From the human T2T-CHM13v2.0 reference genome, Homo sapiens, in assembly GCF_009914755.1 (NCBI RefSeq), contig NC_060934.1: DNA of 64,000 bases; one strand, written 5' to 3'. Shown here piece by piece: positions 27,170-42,680 of the stretch. A program made the position numbers and the translations under genes. The notes under the pieces are model-generated. The model did not search any database. It was not told the DNA's origin and worked only from the letters and a program-made list of their open reading frames with translations. Numbering within the stretch: position 1 is the stretch's first letter; each line of letters starts with the position of its first letter.

Positions 27170-28250
27170 GCGGTGAAATTAACAGGGGCGAAAACTCTGC
27201 CCAGCGATCGCAGCATGAAGCTCTGCGCTCCCGAGACCATCGAGTGGCCAGGGCTGGGCGCTCCTTCAACAGCAGCGAAGGCAGCGGCGCCGGGGCAGCA
27301 GCCACCTCCCCCGCGGGCCGGCACCGCATTCCTGCCCGGTTCTATACTTAACCTCCGGCCAGCGCCCCGCCGTGCACCGTATTAGGCAATGCCAGGCGCG
27401 CAGGGCCCGGCCCCCCCGCCCGCTCCATTCAACCCCGGCGGTGGCCGCGGCGACAGCTCCCTTCCCCCACGGCCGCTGCCCGCACCCCCCGCGCCCCTTA
27501 CACCCCGGCCCGCGCCCCCTGAACCCGGAACCTCCGCGGACCGCGGCGCGGGGAGGGCCCGAGGGTGCCCCGCGGCGCGCGTACCCCGCGGTCATGGCGA
27601 TGTCGTAGAAGGTGAGCCAGGCGGTGGCCAAGAACCCCAGGCGCCTCCGCTTGCCGGGAGCCTCCCGGTCCTCGCCGGCCTCCGAGGCGCCGCCGTTGGT
27701 GCCGTCCTCGTCGCTGGACGCCATGGTGGCCGCGCACCTGGGGGACGTGGGAGACAGCGGCAGGAGCGTGGGAGGGGACCCTGCCCAGCCTGCAGCCCGA
27801 GAGCCGCTGCCCGCTGCCGCCGCTTCCGTCAGGCGCCCCATGTGCAGCGCGCAGGGGGCTCGGCGCAGCCAGCTCTACCGACCGCGAGGGGGAGGAGCGG
27901 ACGCCCCCGGCCACCGCCCGTCACGCCCCCGCCCCGCCCCGCCCCTTGGGAGCGCGCGCCACTCGGGGGCCAGAACGCCTGGCCCTGGCACTGGGGATCC
28001 AGGACCCGCGAGCCCCGGCACGCTTTCCAGGCGGCGCTGTAGTTTCCGCTCCCGAGGAAAGTGCACCCGCCTCGCTAGCTGCGGGCGCCTCTTCATAGAG
28101 AGACGCCCAGACGCCTTGCGCCCTGGCGATGCGCACCCTGCGAGTGCATTTAGTGGGGACACAGGGAACGCACCTGAACTTGGCGTGGCTCTGCCCTGCC
28201 TGGCCTTTTGTAAGGCAGTTTCTCAATACGCAGGCAGGGAGCGGGATCTT
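27170..28250. promoter_or_regulatory. HACD1 CpG-island promoter with tandem GC boxes (27926-27945)
   Basis: GC/CpG-rich tract over exon 1; CCCCGCCCCGCCCCGCCCC Sp/KLF array ~90-100 bp upstream of the ATG; no TATA seen. Confidence 0.85.
27585..27841 (-). CDS. HACD1: HACD1 (PTPLA; very-long-chain 3-hydroxyacyl-CoA dehydratase 1) coding exon 1, 257 nt
   Basis: Translates [31 protein letters not shown]...[11 protein letters not shown], recognised HACD1 N-terminus; donor GG|GTACGC at 27584; in CpG island. Confidence 0.97.
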
Positions 28251-28264
28251 CCCGCCACTCATTC

Positions 28265-29068
<804 letters not shown>

Positions 29069-29579
29069 ACCTACTGAAATACAACCCCCAAATTCCTGAA
29101 TCCTCCCATTTTATTAGCTGTGTGAACTTGGACAACGTAACCTATCCATGCCTCAGTTTCCTTAGTGGAAATAATTTTTAAAAATCGTGAGCAGAGATCG
29201 CCCGTTGCACTCCAGCCTGGACGACAGAGTGAGACTCTGTCTCAAAAAAATAAAAAAAAAAGGAAAGGAAGGCTGGGTGTGGTGGCTCACCCCTGTAATC
29301 CTAGCACTTTGGGAGGCCGAGGTAGGCAGATCACTTGAGGTCAGGAGTTTGAGGCCAGCCTGACTAACATGGTGAAACCCCGTCTCTACTAAAAATACAA
29401 AAATTAGCGGGGCATGGTGGCGGGCGCCTGTAATCCCAGCTACTCAGGAGTTGAGGCAGGAGAATCGCTTGAACCCAGGAGGCACAGGTTGCAGTGATTT
29501 GAGATCGCCCCATTGCACTCCAGCCTGGGTGACAGAGCGAGACTTCTTTTCGAAAAAGAATAAAAATAAAATAAAGGGA

Positions 29580-31990
<2,411 letters not shown>

Positions 31991-33780
31991 AAAATTGATT
32001 TATAAATGCCATGAACACTACATATTTTAACGTGTAGAATTTATAATACTGATATGTTTAACATGAAACCCAAATGTTGTGGCAGAATGCCTTCGTATTT
32101 TGCAGTTAATAGTTTCCCTACCAAATATTCCTTTAAAGCATCGAATCTGCCACAAGATAGAACTCATTTTCACAACAGTAATGCATGTTACAAAGTTCAA
32201 TGTAATAACATTTTGAAAAATAAACTTTTAAATGCCCTAAGAATAAATAATATTTCAACAGATTTATAAAATCGTCCCTATAAAATGTGAATTTACCATG
32301 TACTATGTAGAAATAGGTGATACCAAAATGAGTGAAACATGGAGCCTGTTTTCATGAAGCTAACAATTGTTATAAAATGGATAAGAATTTCATACAAATT
32401 AATATATTCTAAGATATGTTATTAACATGCCACCTCTCATGTGCCAGACACTTCAGCTGATTTAATCCACACAATCTTTTCAGGTATTACTATCCACATT
32501 TTACAAATGAGCTCATTGAAGCCTGGAGAAGTTAAGAAACTTGCCCAAGCTTCTCAGCCAATGGGCGGTGATTTTGAAGGACCACTGACTCCAAAGCCCG
32601 TGTTCTATTATGAATTGCAGAATATAATAAATTTGGAAAGAGGATTACAAAGTGCTTTGGGAGCTAAAGAGCTGTCGAAAAATGTAATTTGTTTGGAGAA
32701 TCAGACAATGACTCATGCAAGAAATCACTTTTAAATGCTTAAAGAATAAGTATGATTTCAACAAATCGCAGAGGGTATTGCAGGCTGAGAGCTGATCATG
32801 AACACGGGGGCGGGAAAAACAAACAAGTTTGAGGAGAAGTGAGTCGTGCAGATTAACGAAATGTTAGAGGTATTAGAGAAGAAGGATAAAATAGATACAC
32901 AGGGAGAACCACTCTATTTTAAAAGGCAGTATGAGCTTCTAAAGATTTTCAGTATGAAAACCACAGCGAAGAAACTCTGTTCTCAAAGATTAATTTGGGC
33001 CGGGCGCTGTGGGTCACCCCTATAATCTCAGCACTTTGGGAGGCTGAGGTGGGCAGATCACCTGAGGTCAGGGATTCAAGACCAGCCTGGCCAACATGGG
33101 AAACCCCGTCTTTACTAAAAATACAAAAATTAGTGAAGCGTGATGGCGTGCACCTATAATCCCAGCTACTCAGGAGGCTGAGGCGGGAGAATCGCTTGAA
33201 TCTAGGAAGGAGAGGTTGCAATGAGCGGAGATGGCACCACTGCACTCCAGCCTGGGTGACAGAGTGAGACTCTGTCTCAAAAAAACAATTAATTTTGCAG
33301 CAGTGTATCAAATAAATTGGTATGAGGGGATGCAAGAAATGAGAGCTGTAGTCTAGGAGATAAGTAAGAAAGACCAGAACTGGGTGGGTGGCAATAGTCG
33401 TTGGAAAGTGGATGGTGAGGAGAACTTCAGTTTCAGCTGAAGAGCAGGATGAATAAGGAGATATCTTAAAAAAATAAAATAAAGGACCGGGCGCAGTGGC
33501 TCACGCCTGTAATCCCAGCACTTTGGGAGGCCTAGGCGGGCGGATCATGAGGTCGGGAGATCGAGACCATCCTGGCTAACACACTGAAACCCCGTCTCTA
33601 CTAAAAATACAAAAAATTAGCTGGGCGTGGTGGCGGGGGCCTGTAATTCCTGCTACTCGGGAGGCTGAGGCAGGAGAATGACGTGAACCCGGAAGGCGGA
33701 GCTTGCAGTGAGCTGAGACTGGGAGACAAGCGAGACTCCGTCTCAAAAATAAATAAACAAATAAATAAAATAAAATAAAA

Positions 33781-34093
33781 TTAGCTTTTGGGGTACAAGT
33801 GGTTTCTGGTTTCATGAATGAAGCATATAGTGGTGAAGTCTGAGATTTTAGTGCACCTGTCACCTGAGTAGTGTACGTTGTACCCAATATGTAGTTTTTT
33901 TTAATCCCTCAACGCCCTCCCCACCTCCCTGCTTCTGAGTCTCCACTGTTCACTACACCACTCTGTGTGCCTTTGCATACCTATAGCTTAGCTCCCAATG
34001 ATGAGTGAGAATATATGGTATTTGGTTTTCCATTCCTGGGTTGCTTCACTTAGAATAATGGCCTCCAGCTCCATCCAAGTTGCTGCAAAAGAC
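33781..34093 (-). mobile_element. 5'-truncated L1PB-like 3' end with an AluY in its tail
   Basis: ttttggggtacaagtggttt...tagtggtgaagtctgagattttagtgcacc; TSD ATGAATAAGGAGATAT at 33449-33464 and 34094-34109. Confidence 0.75.
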
Positions 34094-35130
34094 ATGAATA
34101 AGGAGATATATTAAGATAACAAGAGAATGAAAATAAGATTTTATTCGTTGTTTTTTATTTGCCGAAGGTGTCATGAAAGAGGGAGAGATTGATTATCTAT
34201 TTGGAATGGGCTATTTTATGAAGCAAGATGGCTCCGACAGTGGAATGATGAGGGATTAAGAAGATGGATGAAAAGATTAGGGTTTTGTTTTTGTTTTTGT
34301 TTTTGACACGAAGTCTCACTCGTCTCCAAGGCTGGAGTGCAGTGGCATGATCTCGGCTCACTGCAACATCTGCCTCATGGGTCCAGCGATTCTCCCGATT
34401 AGCTGGGATTCCAGGCACCCACCACCACATCCAGCTAATTTTTGTATTTTTAGTAGAGATGGGTTTTTGCCATGTTGGCCAGATTGGTCTCAAATTCCTG
34501 ATCTCAGGTGATCCACCTGCCTCGCCCTCCCAAAGTGTTAGGATTACAGGCATGAGCCACCACACCTGGCTGGATTAGATTTCAAAAAGAGAAAAAAATC
34601 CTTCTTTCTCAGACAGGAATAAAGAAAATGGAGATAGAGATATTTTGAGGTAGGGAAAAGAAAGTTGAGGTAGGTAGCTCCACTGAGGGTAAGGTGTCCT
34701 GAGGGCAAATAAGGTTTGGAATGGCACCTCATATATAACTTTATTTTACTTCTCAAAACATCATATTATTTTCCCAGTCTAAGGAATAGCCCTTGCCTTT
34801 AGAACAAAGGCATTGAGAGCTCTCTTTTATAACCTAAGCCCATAGAGGCCAATGGAATATTACCTCCTAGTCCATGCCATGGAAATCCTCTGATCCAGCC
34901 AGGCAGGTCTGTTCCCTGTCCAAAAAGTGACCTAGAGAGACTTTAATCCAAATCTCCTTTCTGTTCACCCTCCCTAACCTGTTGTTTTCCCTTCCCAACT
35001 GCTCCCCAAGCTGCTGTTTTCCCTTATACAAACAAGAATGTTTTGAAAATCTCATTCATTCTTCAAAGATGTTTCAAATCCCAATTCTTTTAAGTGTCTT
35101 TCCCTGACCACTTAAATGTACATTAAATTC

Positions 35131-35303
35131 TCCAACAGTTTGTAGTGATAATGTGTCGTTTCTTTTGGCATTTCATTGTACATCATTTTCTGCTTTTCCA
35201 ACAGTTTGTAGTGACACAAATAGTTTGTAGTGATACCAATAGTTTGTAGTGATAATGTATCGTTTCTTTTGGCATTTAATTGTATATCATTTTCTGCTTT
35301 TCC
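35131..35303. repeat. Complex local tandem duplication (66-bp unit plus two 19-bp reiterations)
   Basis: AGTTTGTAGTGA at 35137, 35203, 35222, 35241; downstream ~50 bp repeated. Confidence 0.9.
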
Positions 35304-35722
35304 TTAATTTACACTTGTGTATGTTTTGTCTATGAAGAAGAAATGCATATGAGAGATCACAAACTATATTTTTAAAAATCCTTCTCAAAAACCCATTAGT
35401 GTTTTGCAATTTTGAACAGCTTTGTGGAGTTATAAATGACATAGAACAAACTGCATATATTTAAAGTATACCATTTAATAAGTTTTGACGAATGTGTCCT
35501 CTGTGAAACTTTCACCACAATCAAGACAGAGAACATATCCATCACCTGGAAAAGTGTCCTCCTGCCCTTTTGTAATCCCCACCTCCTCCCCTGGCAACCA
35601 CTCATCTGCTTTCTATCACTGCAGAGTAGTTTGCATTTGCAAGAAGGTTGTATAAATAGAATCATACAAGACGTACTCTTTGTTGACTTTGTTTTTTTGT
35701 TCACTTGGGGTAATTACTCTGA

Positions 35723-36224
<502 letters not shown>

Positions 36225-36419
36225 AAATAGAGATTCATCCATATGTGTGCATAGATTAACAGTTTATTTTGTTTTATTGCTGAGCAGTTATTCCATCGTA
36301 TGGATATCCTACAATTTGTTTATCCATTCATTCACCAAAAGCATTTGGGTTTTTTTCCAGTTACAAATAAAGGATCCATGAACATTTGTGTACCAGCCTA
36401 TATAAAGATATGCTTTCAA

Positions 36420-38385
<1,966 letters not shown>

Positions 38386-38830
38386 GGGAGAATTTTCTTG
38401 ACAGTACTTTTCACAGGGCAGAAGTTATTAATTTCGATGAAGTTCTGTTTGTCAATTTTTTTCTTTGAAGGATTGAGTTTGTATTGTTATATCTAGGAAA
38501 TTATTGCCTAACCCAAGGTAACAAAGGTTTTGTACTATTTTCTTCTGGAAATTTAATATTTGAGGTTTTTATTTGGGTCTATGATCCATTTTGAGTTAAT
38601 TTTTGTATATGATACAAGGTATGAAATGAGGTTCATATTTTTGCTTATAAATATCCAAGTGTTCCAGGGCCATTTGTTGAAAACCTATCTTTTCTCTGCT
38701 GAATTGCTTCTTTACCTTGTCAAAAATCAGTTGTCCATTTACGTATGAATATATTTCTGTTAGGTCTATTCTGTTCTACTGATCTTCTTGTCTGTCTTTA
38801 TGCCAGTACCATGTTGTCTTGATTGCCATA

Positions 38831-38847
38831 GCTTTATAACAAATCTT
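38831..38847 (+). repeat. Left target-site duplication of the HERV-H/SVA insertion (GCTTTATAACAAATC[TT])
   Basis: Identical to 42664-42680; last TT ambiguous with the poly(T). Confidence 0.95.
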
Positions 38848-40499
38848 TTTTTTTTTTTTAATTTATTATTTTATTGATAATTCTTGGGTGTTTCTCACAG
38901 AGGGGGATTTGGCAGGGTCATGGGACAATAGTGGAGGGAAGGTCAGCAGATAAACAAGTGAACAAAGGTCTCTGGTTTTCCTAGGCAGAGGACCCTGCGG
39001 CCTTCCGCAGTGTTTGTGTCCCTGATTACTTGAGATTAGGGATTGTTGATGACTCTTAACGAGCATGCTGCCTTCAAGCATCTGTTTAACAAAGCACATC
39101 TTGCACCGCCCTTAATCCATTTAACTCTGAGTGGACACAGCACATGTTTCAGAGAGAGGGTTGGGGGTAAGGTCACAGATCAACAGGATCCCAAGGCAGA
39201 GGAATTTTTCTTAGTGCAGAACAAAATGAAAAGTCTCCCATGTCTACTTCTTTCTACACAGACACGGCAACCATCCGATTTCTCAATCTTTTCCCCACCT
39301 TTCCCGCCTTTCTATTCCACAAAGCCGCCATTGTCATCCTGGCCCGTTCTCAATGAGCTGTTGGGCACACCTCCCAGACGGGATGGTGGCCGGGCAGAGG
39401 GGCTCCTCACTTCCCAGTAGGGGCGGCCGGGCAGAGGCGCCCCTCACCTCCCGGACGGGGCGGCTGGCCGGGCAGGGGGGCTGACCCCCCCACCTCCCTC
39501 CCGGACGGGGCGGCTGGCCGGGCGGGGGGCTGACCCCCCCACCTCCCTCCCGGACGGGGCGGCTGGCTGGGCAGAGGGGCTCCTCACTTCCCAGTAGGGG
39601 CGGCCGGGCAGAGGCGCCCCTCACCTCCCGGACGGGGCGGCTGGCCGGGCGGGGGGCTGACCCCCCCACCTCCCTCCCGGACGGCACGGCTGGCCGGGCG
39701 GGGGGGCTGACCCCCCACCTCCCTCCCGGATGGGGCGGCTGGCCGGGCGGGGGGCTGACCCCCCCCCCACCTCCCTCCCGGACGGGGTGGCTGCCCGGCG
39801 GAGATGCTCCTCACTTCCCAGATGGGGTGGCTGCTGGGCGGAGAGGCTCCTCACTTCTCAGACGGGGCAGCTGCCGGGCGGAGGGGCTCCTCACTTCTCA
39901 GACGGGGCAGCCGGGCAGAGACGCTCCTCACCTCCCAGACGGGGTCTCGGCCGGGCAGAGGCGCTCCTCACATCCCTGATGGGGCGGCGGGGCAGAGGCG
40001 CTCCCCACATCTCAGACGATGGGCGGCGGGGCAGAGACGCTCCTCACTTCCTAGATGTGATGGCGGCTGGGAAGAGGCGCTCCTCACTTCCTAGATGGGA
40101 TGGCGGCCGGGCGGAGACGCTCCTCACTTTCCAGACTGGGCAGCCAGGCAGAGGGGCTCCTCACATCCCAGACGATGGGCGGCCAGGCAGAGACACTCCT
40201 CACTTCCCAGACGGTGTGGCGGCCGGGCAGAGGCTGCAATCTCGGCACTTTGGGAGGCCAAGGCAGGCGGCTGGGAGGTGTAGGTTGTAGTGAGCCGAGA
40301 TCACGCCACTGCACTCCAGCCTGGGCACCATTGAGCACTGAGTGAACGAGACTCCGTCTGCAATCCCGGCACCTCGAGGTTGGCGGATCACTCGCGGTTA
40401 GGGGCTGGAGACCGGCCCGGCCAACACAGCGAAACCCCGTTTCCACCAAAACCAGTCAGGCGTGGCGGCGCGTGCCTGCAATCGCAGGCATTCGGCAGA
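38846..40499 (-). mobile_element. SVA retrotransposon (SVA_D-like) lacking the CCCTCT hexamer: Alu-like ~40499-40230, VNTR ~40230-39366, SINE-R ~39365-38861, poly(A)
   Basis: Typical SINE-R sequence, GC-rich VNTR units (ccggacggggcggctggccgggc), antisense Alu-like domain, AATAAA at 38875-38870 and T-tract 38846-38859. Confidence 0.95.
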
Positions 40500-40537
40500 C
40501 TGGCACCCTTTATCTATAAAACCGGGTCACTCTGCAG

Positions 40538-42555
40538 CTTCCACTCTGAGAGTTACTCAAAGCTCGGCGTCCGTGATGGCCTATGGGGCTTCCGAGGCGA
40601 TCGGGCAGCATCAGTCTTCAGCCGCTAAGCCGAGAAGGAGTCAGTCAGAGAGCCTTGGGCCAGAGTTGCAGGGGCTCGGGGAGTGGCTGCCAGGTGAGTT
40701 GAACAGTCTAATTTCCAGTAGGGTCCCGCACAGATGGGACACGGCTTAGGAGGAATCCTGGGCTGCAGGCATTCCTTGCCCTGGTGGTCAGATTTCTGGC
40801 ACTTGTAGCAAGCTCCTGGGGGAGGAGGTTCTAGAAGAACGCCTAGCCGCTGCGGTTCAGGCATTTGGAAGTTCTTGTATGCTGGAGATGTGGCTGGGGT
40901 TTGTCTCACAGTGGAGCCAAGGAATTGCAACTTTTTTCTATTATTGTACACCTTGAAGGCAAGGTTAATTAAATCCTGTTGTGGGGTTTGAGGGCCGGAA
41001 TTTAATTTTTGGAGTTTTATTTAATGTCGGGAGCAGATCGGGTAATAAAATGTATATTGAGAATAAGATGGCCTTTTGACCTTTTAGGGTCTAGGGCTGT
41101 AAAGCGTCTCAGGGTTGCTGCCGAACGAGCCATGAACTGGGCTGGGTTTTTATATTTGATGAAAAAGAGCCTAAACGCTATGTGATTTGGGATAAAGAAA
41201 AAGGAGCATTAACCCTGACTATGCCTTTGGCTCCAGCCACCTTTTTAAGAGTAAATTGCTGGGCAGGTGGGGGAGGGCTAGTCACAGAATGAAACTGTAA
41301 GTCGGACCAGGTGTGGGATGAAGGGGGGGGAGGCGCGGAGGCTGAGGAAGAATTGGGACCTAGCTTGGGCTGGCGCGGAGGGGAGAGGTCAGATGGGTCT
41401 GTAGAAGAGGAAGATTAGAAAGACTCAGCGCCGCTTGGGGTTGGGACTGAGGGGACAGGAGGGAGGGAAAGAAGGAAGATTTGGGACGAGTTGCACGGGG
41501 CACAGAGACTAGGAAGGGACTGATGTGTAAAAGAATGCCTGGACGTCAGGCACCTCAGACCATTTGCCCATTTTACGACAAGAATTATTTAGATCTTGTA
41601 GGATGGAAAAATTGAAAGCGCCGTTTTCCAGCTATTTGGAACTACTGTCGAGTTTGTATTGGGGTCAAGCGGCATTGCAGAAGAAAATAAGGCATTTAGG
41701 TTTTAGGTCAGGTGTGAGTTGAAGAGGTTTTAAGTTTTTGAGAACACAGGCTAAGGGAGAACAAGGAGGAATGGAAGGTGGAAGCCTACCCATAGTGAAG
41801 GAGGCAAGCCCAGAGAAAAGAGTAGAGACATGGAGAAGGGGTGGGGAGTTCTTGCCCTCCAGAAAAGCAGAGAAAGGGTTGGGGCACGGAAATAAGGGAT
41901 TGGGGCACAGAGATAAGAGGTTGGGGTGCGGAAATAAGCGATTGGGAGGTTCTTGCCCCTAGGAAAGCGGGACTTGCCTCTAAGGGTGAAGGAGAAGGGG
42001 TTGAGGGGTACTTGCCCCTGCCCCAGGAAAGGCAGAGAAGGGGTAGAGACAAGGAGAGAAGGGGTTGGGGTACTTGCCCCTTCCCCAGAAAAGCAGGACT
42101 TGCCGCTAAGGGTGAAGGACCAAGGCAGGTGTCCCTGCGTGGTCTGACACCCTTGAAACGTGGGTGTATAATCACAGAGGCGTCCCTGCAATGATTAAAC
42201 ACCAAGGGAAGGCTGCCTTCCCAGTCCGTGACCGGCGCCGGAGTTTTGGGTCCACGGATAAAACGTGTCTCTTTTGTCTCTACCAGAAAATGAAAGGAAT
42301 TGAAATTAAGAGAAGGGAGAGATTGAAGTGTAGCGCCAAGATTGAAAGGAGAAAGAGGTTGAGGGATAGTGAGGGAAGTTGGAGAAGAGAGTAAAAAGAG
42401 GCCGCTTACTGGATTTGAAATTGGTGAGATGTTTCTTGGGCTGGTCGGTCTGAGGACCTGAGGTCGTAGGTGGATCTTTCTCACAGAGCAAAGAGCAGGA
42501 GGACAGGGGATTGATCTCCCAAGGGAGGTCCCCCGATCCGAGTCACGACACCAAA
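40538..42555 (-). mobile_element. HERV-H internal 5' region (PBS, leader, pre-gag repeats, degenerate gag, start of pro), co-inserted with the SVA
   Basis: PBS TGGTGTCGTGACTCGGAT; gag zinc knuckles CYKCQKSDHQGKEC and CPICAGPYWKLDC in ORF 40625-40951; HERV-H-type leader repeats at 41840-42130. Confidence 0.93.
42536..42553 (-). other. Retroviral primer-binding site complementary to the tRNA-His 3' end
   Basis: TGGTGTCGTGACTCGGAT, 17/18 match to TGGTGCCGTGACTCGGAT, 2 nt after the LTR end. Confidence 0.9.
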
Positions 42556-42663
42556 TTTCATGTGCGTCCGTGTGAAGAGACCACCAAACAGGCTTTGTGT
42601 GAGCAACATGGCTGTTTATTTCACCTGGGTGCAGGTGGGCTGAGTCCAAACAGAGAGTCAGCC
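42556..42663 (-). mobile_element. LTR7 (HERV-H) R-U5 only; no U3
   Basis: GCTGACTCTCTGTTTGGACTCAGCCCACCTGCACCCAGGTGAAATAAACAGCCATGTTGCTCACACAAAGCCTGTTTGGTGGTCTCTTCACACGGACGCACATGAAA matches the LTR7 3' end. Confidence 0.92.
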
Positions 42664-42680
42664 GCTTTATAACAAATCTT
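42664..42680 (+). repeat. Right target-site duplication of the HERV-H/SVA insertion
   Basis: Identical to 38831-38847; followed by GAAA, giving TCTT/GA, an L1-endonuclease-like site. Confidence 0.95.

Noticed and set aside
27266-27584. Read-through of the HACD1 exon-1 ORF (191 aa total)
   Set aside because: Sequence after the GTACGC donor is intron 1; the true frame continues in exon 2
35131-35303. CRISPR-like repeat-spacer appearance
   Set aside because: Human DNA; short 12-bp core, irregular spacing and duplicated spacer indicate local duplication
39043-40449. Multiple ORFs over the SVA
   Set aside because: Translations of SINE-R, VNTR and Alu-like repeats; SVA is non-coding
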